Below the pieces are notes generated by a model that was not told the DNA's origin, ran no database searches, and worked only from the letters and a program-made list of their open reading frames with translations. A stretch of DNA of 64,000 bases from Peribolospora baueri. Lineage: Eukaryota. Position numbers and translations under genes: made by a program. The stretch is taken from positions 124,001-188,000 of the forward strand of contig JAMDHS010000031.1 of NCBI GenBank assembly GCA_029717555.1, written 5' to 3'. Below are positions 1-11,942 of the stretch, piece by piece. Numbering within the stretch: position 1 is the stretch's first letter; every line of letters begins with the position of its first letter.

Positions 1-20
1 TTTTTTTTTTTTTTTTGTTC

Positions 21-1097
21 TCAACGTCTCCGTGCCTCCCGAGATGGGTCTGCCTCGTCCCATCCCTCGTCCCGTTCGCGGCCGCGACTGCCGGCGGACC
101 CCTCGCCGACGTTATCGCCGCCCTCGCCTGCGAACCTGGCCCCAGCCCGAGCAGCTCGGGCCTCCGCCTGCATCTCCTCCCATACGCTCATGACAGAAAC
201 ACGAGGTCTACCCACCGGCCTTCCCGTGCCCGTCTTTCCTTTCTTCCTCTGCTGCTGCGGTGGCGGTGGCGGCAGCTCCGCGTCGACCGCGACCGCTCCC
301 GGTCGAGGAGAGGGAGGCGTAGGCGAGGACAGTGGTGGAGAGGTGGCGGTTGTGCGAGAAGTGACGGGTACGCAGCGGATGCGATGGGTGGTGGAGGTGA
401 GCGGGGTGAGATGGCCGGTGCCGTCTGGGGAGGCTGAGAGTGGAGAAGGGACAGGATGGGTGGGAACATGATGAGACAGACATACGACTACGACGACGAC
501 TCGCGCCATCGGTGCGTTGCCGAAAGGCGGACGAGATGAGATGAAATATGTGGAGGTGGACATACGAGCGTCGTCATGGTCATTGTCCTCGTCGTGTCGG
601 AGGAGAAGCTCCGAGTCGAGGAGCGTCTCCCATTGACCCCTAAAGACCGTCTTTCCGACCCTTACGAACGGCGTGTCCGTCTCGAGGCCCTTTGATGAGA
701 GGTGGATGACAGAGAAGAGGGTGACGAAGTCAGCCCGGTCGGTCGGTCGGCGAGCCGACACCTGTGCTCGCGGTGGGGGACAGCGGACGAATGGCGAGCG
801 ACGCACGGTGATCTGATATTCGCCTCCTGCTCCTATGGCCTTCCTCCCTTCAGGACCAAGGTCGAGGGTGATGTAATGCACCTCTTCTTCCTCCCATCCG
901 TCTTCCTCCTCCTCCTCTTCCTCTATCTCTCCGTCGCGCTCGCGCTCGGCGACGAGACGACGCGGGTCGACCCTCTCCCAAGTGTCGTCGAGGATGGGGT
1001 TCGTGTGGCACTGACCCAGAGGAGGCGGCGGCGGTGGCGACGACGACGACGACGACGTCGTTGGATGTGCGAACGAAGGTCCGACGGCAGAAGCCAT
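21..1097 (-). CDS. TFIIIC subunit tau55/GTF3C6-like protein (triple-barrel domain), 3 exons
   Basis: Acidic tract, then EEEVHYITLDLG...GLETDTPFVRVGKTVFRGQWETLLDSELLL, which resembles the TFIIIC triple-barrel domain. Two in-frame introns (about 806-691 and 566-433) have GTGCGT/GTATGT donors and AG acceptors. Confidence 0.65.
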   Translation of the reverse strand: MASAVGPSFAHPTTSSSSSSPPPPPPLGQCHTNPILDDTWERVDPRRLVAERERDGEIEEEEEEEDGWEEEEVHYITLDLGPEGRKAIGAGGEYQITVRRSPFVRCPPPRAQVSARRPTDRADFVTLFSVIHLSSKGLETDTPFVRVGKTVFRGQWETLLDSELLLRHDEDNDHDDARMSTSTYFISSRPPFGNAPMARVVVVVVCLSHHVPTHPVPSPLSASPDGTGHLTPLTSTTHRIRCVPVTSRTTATSPPLSSPTPPSPRPGAVAVDAELPPPPPQQQRKKGKTGTGRPVGRPRVSVMSVWEEMQAEARAARAGARFAGEGGDNVGEGSAGSRGRERDEGWDEADPSREARRR

Positions 1098-1439
1098 TGG
1101 TGGTGACGGCGGTGGTGACGGTGACGGAGGCGAATGAACCGTAACGTCCGATCATCGATCACGACCGTCGTCGTCGTCGTCGGGCTTATCGGGCCTTGTG
1201 GCCGCGATGGCGGTCGTAGGAGGAGGACACACACGCGCTCGTTGCTATCACTCTCCTCACGAGCAGCGGCTTCGGACATGGACATGTACACATGCAATCC
1301 ACCCACGTCTGTCTGTCCCATCTCGTGCTCGCGACGCCGTCGCCGTCGTCCCCCGCCAGAGTATGACTGACGACTGACTGACGACGGACGGTCAACGCTT
1401 TACCCTACGCATCCTCCCGGTTTACTCATGTGCCTAGAC

Positions 1440-4400
1440 ACAAACACACACACACACAGAGAGAGAAAGAGAGACAGACGGCACAGGCTCGTCTGCGCTG
1501 CCGGAGTATGGACACGCAGTCGGTCCGCCCCTGCCCGCGACCATATCGTTGTCGGGAGGGTACGTATGGCGGAGGTACAAGGGGTGATGTGATGGGATGG
1601 GATGGGATGGGATGGAGGGGCGCCGATATCAACGGGCCGCGGCGCCGACGACGACAGGTGCATGCGGCGTGAAGTACTGTGCTGCCGGCGTTGGAAGTGC
1701 ATCATAGGACAGGACAGGATAGGACAGGGCAGGACGGTGGTGTATGTGTATGTGTGCGCCTTTTTTACGTACACAACCGTGCACACACACACACGACCCT
1801 CGTTCCTACACTACACATCTCTCCTCCCCTTCCCGTTCCGACTGCCGCCTCCATCCCGACGCACTGCCAGCGACGGCCGTCGTTCACGCTCTACTCCGCT
1901 CCACGTCGGCGCCAGCCAGCCAGCAGAGCCGTCGCTCGTGTCCCCCCGGCGGCGGCGGCGACATGGGCGTCCAACGCTCCACATCCACCCACATACATAT
2001 ATGACCTTTTTCCCTTCTCTCTCGTCCAAGTCGCGTGGACAACGCACGGAGCGGAACGAAACGAGCGGCTTGAGGCAGGCTCGGAAGGGGGAGGGAGGGA
2101 GGGGCTCGTTTGCTGCCGTTCGTTCTCACATGCCTATCCCACGGCCGGTCGGATGGTGCAAAGGAAGGCCGCTGCAAATCACCATGCAGCCGTTTGCTCG
2201 TCGTTCGTTCGTTTGCAGTCCCAAGTCCGAGCGAGCGAGTGGTTTGTGGGAAAGTGACAACTCCGCTCGTGCGCAGCTCCAGCCCCTCCATCGTCCTTCC
2301 TCCCTCCATCCGTACCCCTCGTCTGCTCTTCCATCCCACCCGGTCGTCCGATCCATCCGGACCGTCTATGCGTGCGCCTGCGCCTGCGCCTGCTCCTGCC
2401 ATCGCCCCGTTTGTCTGTTGTCTGTGTGAGCGCTGGCCATCAACGAGATACAAAGATAAGGAAAAGCCTCGCCGCTCCCTGTGCTCCTATGACGCCGAGG
2501 CTGGACGGACGCCGAACCGAACCGAACCGAACCGAAAGAATGCTCGCTCGCTCGCGAATGACCGGGCGGGGCGGGGGGTAGGTGGGGGGCTACCGACGCA
2601 TGCCCGATGGCGGATCCAAAGCGCGGCGGGCACGGAGGCCGGCCGGCGCACGTCCTTGTCTCGTCCACGCCGTCCGTGAGCGTTCTTCCACTCCACGCAG
2701 AGCCATACTCCACTCCACACAAACGCCCGAGGGCGCACACACAAATTCACTACACAGGACGTCGGCCTCGCTCGTATGCGAGGGGACCGGCGCCGAACGA
2801 ACAAACGAACGAACGAACGACTATGTGAAACGGTGACGGTGACGGTAGCTGAGGTCAAGCTGCATTCTGTATTCTTCATGAGGCCCTCGACGCCTCGTCC
2901 TGCTCGCTTCGCTTCGGTTCGGTTGCGCCTTGGCTTGGCTTCTCGCTGGCTAGTGGACCATTCGGCAAAAAGGTAAAAGCTACTCGTGCCGCCGGTTGGT
3001 CAACCAAACCCGACTCGACTCGGACTAGGACTCGGACTCGGACTCGACTCAGCCAGTGCCTGGCAACAGCCGGCCAGCCGGCGACGCAAGGTCGCACCCG
3101 TTCCTGACACAAATTCGGCTGTTCCGGCGTATGTTAGCTCTTCCAGTCCGTCCGTCAGTCCGTCCCGTCCGTCTCGTCCGTCTCGTCCGTCTCGTCCGTC
3201 TCGTCCGTCTCGTCCGTCTCGTCCGTCTCGTCGATCCGTCCGTCGGTCGGTCCATCGGTGGTGGCCTTGGCGTGGAAGCAAAGCCAGCGGCGAGGGAGGA
3301 TTTCCCCCCATGACCGGACCGGCGTCCAACACTCGGAGCACCCTCTCTCCGAGCGCGGAGCGAAACGGAAAAAGAAAAGGGACGGAAGAATTTCTTTCGA
3401 AATCTTCCGCCCTCCCTTCCCTCCGTCCGTTCGTTCGTTCGTCCGTTCGCTTGCTTCAATCAGCTGCATGTGCAGCGGCGGCCTCCGAGAAAAGATGTCG
3501 GTCGGCTCGCTCGCACTCGACGATGCTCACGGTGGTGGTGCACTCCATCCATTGATCCTCCGTTCTTCCTTCCTCCGACGCGCCGTGGTCGTCGACTATG
3601 GCCTGCAGAGGGTGGGGGCGTTCGGCCTGTCTTCCGTCTGTCTTTCTGTCCTGTCCGTCTGCCCGTCGGTTCATCCGCCGCCCCTCCGTCTTCCATCCGT
3701 CTTCAAGGTTCCTTCGGACGGTCCGAGGGCGGTCTGTCGGCAAGGGCCTTCACGTGCTAGATTAAGGCAGACCTGGTAGACCCAAAAGCTGGGTTAGTCT
3801 AAAAACTTCCAGGGGTGGAGACAAAAAGGTCCGTTGCCGCCGCGAACGGAGGGGAGAGACCCTCAAAGGGCAAGGCAAGGAAGGCTGCATCGGGGGCGTT
3901 GCGTCGAAAGGCCGACCACATGCTGGCCTCGTCGTCTTCGTCGTTTCCTACGCAGTTCTAGTCTGGTGGAGAGGGCGTGTTGGAAGAAAGAAAGATGCTC
4001 AGTCGAGGCGAGGCCGTCTCGTACCTTTTGCGATCAGACCTGCGCACCTCTCGTCGCCCCGGGCGCCCAACAACGTATTGTTCCGGGCCGCTGCGCTCGG
4101 GGGAACCTAAATGGGCGGTCGGTGACGGCAAGGCGACGGCGATGTTGTTGGGGAGGCATACTCTGCGCTGCGACCGACTGGACGGCTTATCCATCCATCT
4201 GGACAGATGGAAGGCTTTCCTTTCTTCGCGCAAGCCGCCTTGTGTGTCTCTTTCTTTCTTTCTTTCTTCGCTTGTCCTGGCCGGACCGCGCTCGCCGGCT
4301 TGGACGCCGGCGGGTGCGGGTGCGGGTGGGAGTTTGCCAAGACGGCGACGGCGGCGGCGGATGGGCAGGATGGGATCGTCCGTTTCCTTCGTCGTCCGCC

Positions 4401-6130
4401 GTCCGTCGCCGCCGCCGATCGGGACGTGGACGACAACGGCAGAAGAGAAGGCAAGCTGCCGCGGCCGGCTGCTGCTTGAAGGAGGGAAGGAAGGAAAAAA
4501 GGATGGTGCTAGTGATGCTACTTACTGCCCTGGCCATCATCCATCCATCGCCGTGCGCGGTGGCTTGTGAAACGAAACGAGTCTGGCCCGGCTCATGAAG
4601 GCCGGGCCCGGTTCTCCATCCATTCATCCATCCATCCCCATGCCGTCCATCCATCTCATCCCGTTCATGCCCGTCAATGTTATGCCGTCCATGCCCGTCG
4701 TCCATCCCGTCCATCGATCCGCAAGAACCGGGACCTAGACCTGGACGGAGCAGAGCGGAACGAGGCGAACAGGTTCTTCTTCCATTCCCCCCTTCTCCCT
4801 CTCCCTGTCCCTCTCCCGCCCGTGCCGTGCTGTTTGTGTGTACCCCGCACGCACGCACGCAGGGACGACGAGCGAATGGACACGGCGCCCACCACATGAT
4901 TGATGCACGACACGTAGTGAAGAGATCGACGGCGTCGTTGTCCACGTCGATGTCGACGTCCCCGCCGTCGTCCTCCTCGTCGTTCTCGTCCGCGACGACC
5001 GACGCCGAGGCCTGCCTCGCCGGACGAGAAGGAAGAAAGGCCGGTGCGAGTGGCATCCATCCACAGAGACACAGACACAGACAGAACCCGTCGGTCGTGG
5101 GTCATGCACATGGAAAAGAGTCGAGATCTGAGACTGAGAGATTGCGCCGGTGGACGGGCGGACGGACGGCCCGAAGCGGGCGCCGGTCGTTTAGCTGCAG
5201 GCGGAGAGGGTGTGAGCGGCGTGGTGATAGGGAGGGGGAGGAAAAAAGGGGAGGGAGCGGCGAGCAAGTTCACCGCTCCCTCGTTGCCCCTCCCAACTGC
5301 CCCTAACCGCTGTTACTTGTCTTGTCATGATCTGTTGTTGAGCGTACGACGGGCAGTGGAAGAAGAACTGCACGGCTATTGTTATTGTTCGCCCCCTGGT
5401 CCGCACGGCGCACGACATCGCGCACGACACGCACCGCGCAGTGACGCTCGTCGCGCAGGCAGCTAGCTGGTAGCGAAGGAGGGTCAGCTGTCGTGGTGGC
5501 TTGGCTTGTCTGTCTGCGTGGCCGTCCTTCGATCGCCTGTCCCTCCGTCCGTCTTTCCTTCTGTCTGTCTGTCTGTCTGTCTGCTGTCGACGTGCAGAGA
5601 GGCGCGACGAACAGGTCGGTATCGACTGGACTCGGACTCGGATCGCCCCGCGCCCGCCGCCCGTCCATTGCTGCTTCACCGTCGGCGAGGAGAGAGGAGA
5701 GGAGAGGTGAGTGAGTGAGTGAGTGAGTGACTGCGCCGCCAAGCCGGCCAGGTTGGTCGGTGGTGGTGCTCTTGGTCGTCGCGTGTGCGTTGTGCGTGTG
5801 TGCGTGGTTGGCGCGCGTGTGTCTGCCTGCCCGCCTGCCTGTCTGCCGACGCACTCCGCTGGTGTTGGTCCACCTCTGCGACATATCCATCGTCATTGTT
5901 TTCGGACGAGGTGGAGGTCGTACATCTGCCCGGTTACGTGGCCCCCTCGACCCCGCTTTCCCCGTCCGCCCATTTTTCTTTTCTTTCTCGTCCTCCCTCC
6001 GAGCTGGGCTTTTCGGTTCACTGTTTCGTTTCGTTTCGTTTCGTTTCGTTTCGCTTCGCTCGTTCGCTCGTTCGCTCGTTCGTTCGTCCGTTCGCTCTCG
6101 CGTTCGTATTCGAGCTCGCTCTCTTGCTCG
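1440..6130. repeat. Microsatellite-dense intergenic region: (CA)n/(GA)n, (GATGG)n, (CCGAA)n, (TTCG)n, (GTGA)n, (TTTCG)n, (TCTG)n
   Basis: Short tandem runs are directly visible at about 1441-1480, 1591-1614, 2514-2535, 5562-5583, 5707-5729 and 6023-6058. The ORFs here translate to low-complexity sequence. Confidence 0.85.
3166..3228. repeat. 9-bp minisatellite (CGTCCGTCT)x7
   Basis: Seven exact consecutive copies read from the sequence. Confidence 0.95.
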
Positions 6131-6891
6131 CTCGCCCGCTCGCCCTCGTCTTCGTAGCCGATTATATCTTCCCTTCACTCTCCTCTCTCCTCCCTTCGCT
6201 CCTTGCTCTTCCCTTCTCTCTTCTATCTTCTTCGCCACTTTCGCTTCTCCTTTCCTTTCGCTTCTCCTTTCCCTTCCCACTCCCACACTCCACTCCCACT
6301 CCCTCTCTCCCTCCCCCTCGATCCTCATCACGTCCAGCCCCGACGACCCGCACGATTTGGCTTTGTCTCTCGTCACCATCACCCTCGCCCCTCTTCTCTT
6401 CTCGTCGCCTCTGACTTCCTTGACCCCCTATCGGGCCCTTCCCAACTCCCACTCCCGCATTCCCTTCCACTGCCAGCCTGCGATCCCCTTCCGACCCACC
6501 CGGCTCGTTTCCTCGCCACCGCTCCAGCACCTCGCCCTCCTCTCTCCCTTCGACTTTGCTTAGCTTCCGTCCCTCTCATTCCCCGAATCCGCCGCGCCGC
6601 TCCTCCTTCCTTCCTTCCACCTCCGATCTACCCCCCGCCTCTGTCTTTGCCTCTGCCTCGGTCCACCAGGTCACCGACCGACCCTCCAAACGTCTTCGTC
6701 GGCGCTCCTTGCTGTCGGCGCCCGGCGCATTGCGCGACGAGCGCAGCGAGGCTCGCTGGCGGCCACCACCATCGCATCGCGCCCCGCGCCCGATCACTTT
6801 CTCCCGCAATCTCCCTCCCCCTCCATCTCTCTCCCTCCCTTGTCTTAACCTCTCCGACGGACGGTCGGTCGGACGAGGAGGCTCGGTCGTC

Positions 6892-9747
6892 ATGACAGAT
6901 CCCATCACCGAGCCCTCCTTTCGTGAGTAACTCCTTTCCTCCGAGCCCCGTGTCCCACTTCTGCTCATCCTGCTCGCGCTCGCTTCCCCGCCCAGGTGGC
7001 TACATCGCCTCGACCCACGACGCCCTCCTCGTCTTTGAGGCCGCTCGCCGCGGCATCATACCCAAGGTCCCCCGCCGGCTCAAGGACGACGAGCGAAAGC
7101 TCATCAAATCCGGTCAGGTCTTTGTCTTTGACGAGGTAGAGAGCGGCATCAAGCGCTGGACCGATGGCCTCATCTGGAGCCCGAGTCGGATCTTGTGGAA
7201 CTTTTTGGTGAGCACCCCTCCGTCTTTCGCGCTCCCCCTCAGCCTTGTTCGTCCGCCCCCACGGCCGTCCCCCTGACGCGCACCCGTCGCTACCCTCCCC
7301 AGATATACCGCCAGATCGACAAAAAAACCGGCGAGAAGGGAAAGGGAAAGGCAAAGGCAAGGGAGACCACGGCCAAGCATGGCTCTGTTTCGACGTCGTT
7401 GGATTCCAAGGACGATGACTTGGCCAAGGTCGCGTTCGGCGCCCCCGCCACCGACTCTGGCTCCCCCGGTTCGTCCTCCCCGCCGTCTCGAAAGAACAGT
7501 GGCGCGACGACGACCGTGGATTTTCCAATGGCTACCGCCGCTTACGGCCTACCTCCCGCCCTCCCGTCCGCGCCGATCGAGGGCGGAAGTGGTGGTGGCG
7601 TGAGCGCCAGTGGCTTACCCGGCCTCTTCAGTCCCGGTGGGCCGTGGACCGGCCTGAGCGAACGGGAGAGAGACTTGGAGAGGGCTCTTGTCGGCAGCCT
7701 CACCAGCAGTTATCCCTTCGTCGAGGAGGGCCTTTGCAAAAAGGTATGTCGTCCCATCTTCCCTGTCTTCCGTTCTTTTCACCTAAAAGCCACCTCTCGC
7801 CGTCGTTTCCTCTCCCCCCAGACCATCTCCCTCCAGGTCAACGGCAGCACGCAGCACCTCATCAGTTATTACACCATCGACGACGTAAAAATGGGCCGTC
7901 TCCGTCGGCCATCGTCGCTGCCCGAACTTGCCTCGCTCGAAATTCACGCCTGCTTTTTGCACAAGCAAAACTTTCGAAATCCGCCCCATATCGAGGTCGG
8001 TCCCGACGGCGTGCCCCGATACCGTGGCGACATCGTCGACCGACCACCAGAGGTATTCCATGAGTCTGCCTTCTCCAGTCGCACTGGCTCCATCGCCTCC
8101 GAAGGCCACCTGTATGGATCTCAGTACGGTCCTCACTCCATCAGCCCAAGTCCGATCCAGGCCTCAGGTACCCTGATCAACACCCAGGGCGCCTACCCAA
8201 CTCATCCCGCCGGCCTTGCCCCTCAACAGCCGCTCTCCACAGCCGCCTTCTCCGCCCCCGAGCTGTATCGCAACGCCCTCGGTCACGGCTCCGGTCCGGC
8301 AGGTATGCCCACCTCCCCCGGTGGCGCGTACTTTGATCACCGACAACCGTCGGCGCAGGCCACCACCTCTCCTCCCTCCTCGTTCTACGCTGGTCCGCGA
8401 CGGAGATCCGACGCCGGCCTCAGAAGTCCTCCTCTTTCCGGTTCGCCGCCTGGCGGATGCAGGCTGCCGGGCGGCCGTTACGAACCGTATCCTCGTGGCT
8501 CCGTCATCGGTCCTACTACCGGATCCCATTCCGCCGCCGGCGGCCAGTCCGCTCTCGGTTTCACCGCCGGACCCCCCGCCGGCCAGCAGCAGTCTTCCGA
8601 CGAGCTCTCCTCGCTTCTCGTTCAAACCCATCATCATCAAAGTCACCAACAATCCCCGCATCTGCGCCAACACTTTACTTGGCCGCCCATCAGCGGTCCT
8701 CCGACATCATCGACTTTTTCGACGCAGGCCGCTGGCGGTCACCACGGCCAAACTGGCATCCACTCTTGGCCGTCCAACAACAACAACAACACCGCCGCCG
8801 CCCTCGGTGCCTCCTCGATGACGCCACCGAAGGCTCGCTCGGGTAGCTTTCGCCAGGACATCAGGACGGTCCGGCCGCCGGAAACAGCTGGTACGGATTT
8901 TCAAGATGCTGATCATTCGTCCACGACTGTCAACCCGTACTCGGACATGTCTGTTGGCGGATCTGCGTCCCAGCCGCCGACATCGACGCAGCAGCAGCCG
9001 TCGTCGCTCCAACAACAACAGCAGCAGCAGTACACGTACCAACCGTTCCAGTCGGAGCCGTATGCTTCCTCCTTTTCGCACGTATTGCATTTTCACCCTT
9101 CTGCTTCCGGCCATGTTCAGCCGTCCTCCTCCTCTTCCTCCTCCTCCACCACCACCACGACCACCGCCCCTTCCTACCTCCCGCCCATGCAGCACTCCTT
9201 CTCCAATCCGATGCCCACACTAGCCACTGTGCCCACCTACGCGCCCAGCTCGCCCACCGAGGCGCTGCTTCCCGTTCAGCCGTCGTCCCATTATGGAGCC
9301 TCTTACCCGTCCTCGACCTGGTCGTCTTCCGGATGGCAGGGACACGCTATGACCACCGCGTCGCAGTCGCGTCAAAACCAGACGTACGAGCACGTCGGCG
9401 TCCAACCGTCATCATCATCATCATCGGCGTCATCCACTTGGCCAGCCAGTCATCCCGGCGGCGGCGGCGGCGGCGGCTGCGAGTCGGCCGCAGAGTCGGC
9501 CCTTCACTCCAACAACGTCGGTCGTTATCCTCCCGCCCTCGCTGGTACGGCTCACGGCAGCGGCAGCGGCATGGTCGCGCAGGCGCAGGCCGCGGCGGCG
9601 GCAGGCCCCGCTCACGGAGCATCGTACGAGTCGTACCCCGGCAGCAACAGCAGCAGCCGACATCCGTCTCACTCTGCTCCCGCACAGGCCGACGTCGAGT
9701 CTGCTGGGCCTTCTTCCGGCATGATGTTCTCCTCCCCGCACGGCTGA
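6892..9747 (+). CDS. Gti1/Pac2 (WOPR) family transcription factor, Gti1/Wor1/Ros1-type; exons 6892-6922, 6996-7207, 7303-7743, 7822-9747
   Basis: Spliced WOPRa box GYIASTHDALLVFEAARRG...SGQVFVFDEVESGIKRWTDGLIWSPSRILWNFLIYRQ. WOPRb box LERALVGSLTSSYPF..GLCKKTISLQVNGSTQHLISYY. Long S/Q/P-rich C-terminus. All three introns are GT-AG and phase-compatible. Confidence 0.92.
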
Positions 9748-10384
9748 CCTCCGCGTCGTTGTCGCGTCGCCGCTTCTCTCGACTCGATTTCCCTTTCTTT
9801 CCTTTTCGAACCCCCGTGTCTCACTCGTCATACCCGCCGTTTCGGCTCCCAGTTTTCATTTCCCGTCTTGCCCTTTTTGCGTGCGTCGCGCGTCGCGCGT
9901 CGTACACGTTTTCCTTTTCCTCCCTTTCCTTCTTTTCCTTCTTTTCCTTCTCTTCCTTGGTTTTCCCTTCCCGCATCATGTTCCATCCTTGCCCAACTCG
10001 GCCGGGCACCGAGCGCCGCTTCCGTCGCCGCCGCCGTCGTCGTCGTCGCTTTTCCGCCTTTTTCCCTGTCCATGAACGTTCGACATTGTTTGTTGTCCCC
10101 CTTTCTTTCGCTCGTCCCTTCTGTTCGTCTCTCTACGTCCGTCCCCCGGTTTTCGCGCCGCTCTTCCCGGTTTTCGGTTTTTGGCTGTACGAGTAGGAGG
10201 AACTCGTCCCTCAAACGCAAATCCATCTTTACTGAGAAAACTTTTTTTCTCCCCGTCCGAAGGCTAAAGATCCAGTTATATGTGAGCCGAGGCGGGACAA
10301 CCCCCCGTGCGTGCGTGCGTGTACGCTACAGACCAAAAAAAGAAAAAAGACTCGGTTCGGTTCGAGGCGAACGAACGAACGAAT

Positions 10385-11609
10385 CTATGACGTGTCCATC
10401 CTCTCGCTGTCCGCCTTGTCCGCTTCTTCTCCCGTCGTCGTCGTCGTCGTCTGCTTCGCCGCGGCCAGGTCCGGTCCGCCGACTTCGAGGACGTCCTCGC
10501 CAACGATCAGATCGCGCACCTTCTCCTTCGTCCACGCCGTCGTGCCCCGCTTAAACCCGTACCGGCGCTCCTTGACGCCTCTCTCGTTCGGCTTGGCGTA
10601 GTTTCGTAGCATCTCTGTCGAGCCTTTGGTGATGACGCATACGTCCACGTTCGATCCAGAACCCAGGTCGTTGAAGATACCGGCCGAGATGGCCGCTTCG
10701 ACCAGGTCCACCGCTTCATCGCGCTACACGCATGACGACGAAAAAAAAAAAAAAAAAAGCCAAACGGATCACGTCACTTTCTCAGTTAGCGCACCTCCAA
10801 ACCCACACACCCATCCTCACCTCCATGTCCTTCTTCCACCCCGTCTCGAACACGGCCATCGCCGCCAAACTTCCAGAGCCCATCGTCACGTATGGCAGCT
10901 TATCCGTCGAGCCGTGCGGCGCCACCGTGAAAAGCTGCGGCCCGGACGCGTCATAACCTCCAAGAACGAGAGCTGCACCGATGTGGCCTTGGTACCTAGG
11001 AGTGAAAAAAAACGTCCGACGTCCCCGAGTCAGCGCTGTGTTCCTCCGGTGCGCGTCCTCGAGCAGAGAGAGAGAGCACGACGACGATGGCAACAGTCGG
11101 CTCACTGGAACAGTCTTTGCTTGAGCATGGTCATGGCCGTCGCCACTCTCGGCTTCCGGCCCGTGTGGAGCTCGTGCAGTTGCATGTTGCTGCTGATGAG
11201 CTGCGTCACGAATTCCGTGTCCGCAGCCGTCCCAGCACCACAGCATCGAATGTTGTCCGAAATGTAATGGATCTAAAGGAGTGAAGAGAAACGGACGATC
11301 TCGTGTTCATCGACAAGACCTCCTCCCTCCGTTCGTCCACCCGTCCACCCGTCCTCCAGCCCGCAGACGTCCTTCCTTCGTTCATCCGATGCTCACCTTC
11401 TCACAGTTCTTGTCCGCCACAATGGGTCCCTCCGTAGCCCTCGTATCGGCGCCGAGGACGATGCCGTCCTTATAGAGCATGCCCACGATCGTCGTACCGG
11501 TCGACGTCGCCTTGGGCAGGTGAAGCCCCTTGGACGCGAGGAACTGGTTCCGCGAGTGGGCGGAAAAGTCAAAACCTGAGGGCGAGGGGGCAGGAACTGA
11601 AGAGGTCAT
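10385..11609 (-). CDS. PUP1: 20S proteasome subunit beta-2 (trypsin-like), 4 exons
   Basis: Propeptide GFDFS..RNQFL, catalytic [54 protein letters not shown]. Confidence 0.96.
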
Positions 11610-11942
11610 GGCGCGGATGGGAGCTGTGTATCGAAGAAGACGAAGAAGAAGACGACGCCGGCGTGCACAAGAGCAGGTGGGCAACCAAGGACGAGACGGA
11701 CGACCAAAAGCCGACTCTCGACTGTCCTTGTACTCCGTGATCGGGTCGCCGCGTCGTCAGCTTCGTGTCTGCGGTCCGTGAGAATGTGATCGTTCACGTG
11801 AGCAACACCGCATTTGGAACCCGCGCCCGCGCCCTGCGAGCGAGCGGCAGGGTGAATCGAGGAAGCCCCGTCGTCGACACCTCGTCCATTGACCCCACGT
11901 CTCTAACCCCTCCTTGCCCGCACCCAGATACATTTTCCGAGG

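Noticed and set aside
1..16. Poly-T just past the stop codon of the minus-strand gene, as a retrocopy poly(A) tail
   Set aside because: The gene retains introns, similar A/T homopolymers occur elsewhere (10741, 49090), and the run is cut by the window edge.
3166..3228. Regular repeat array as CRISPR-like
   Set aside because: The 9-bp units are contiguous with no spacers, the context is eukaryotic and no cas genes are present.
1400..6900. Many 100-360-aa ORFs on both strands
   Set aside because: They are translations of microsatellites in GC-rich DNA with no recognisable domain, and many rely on non-ATG starts.
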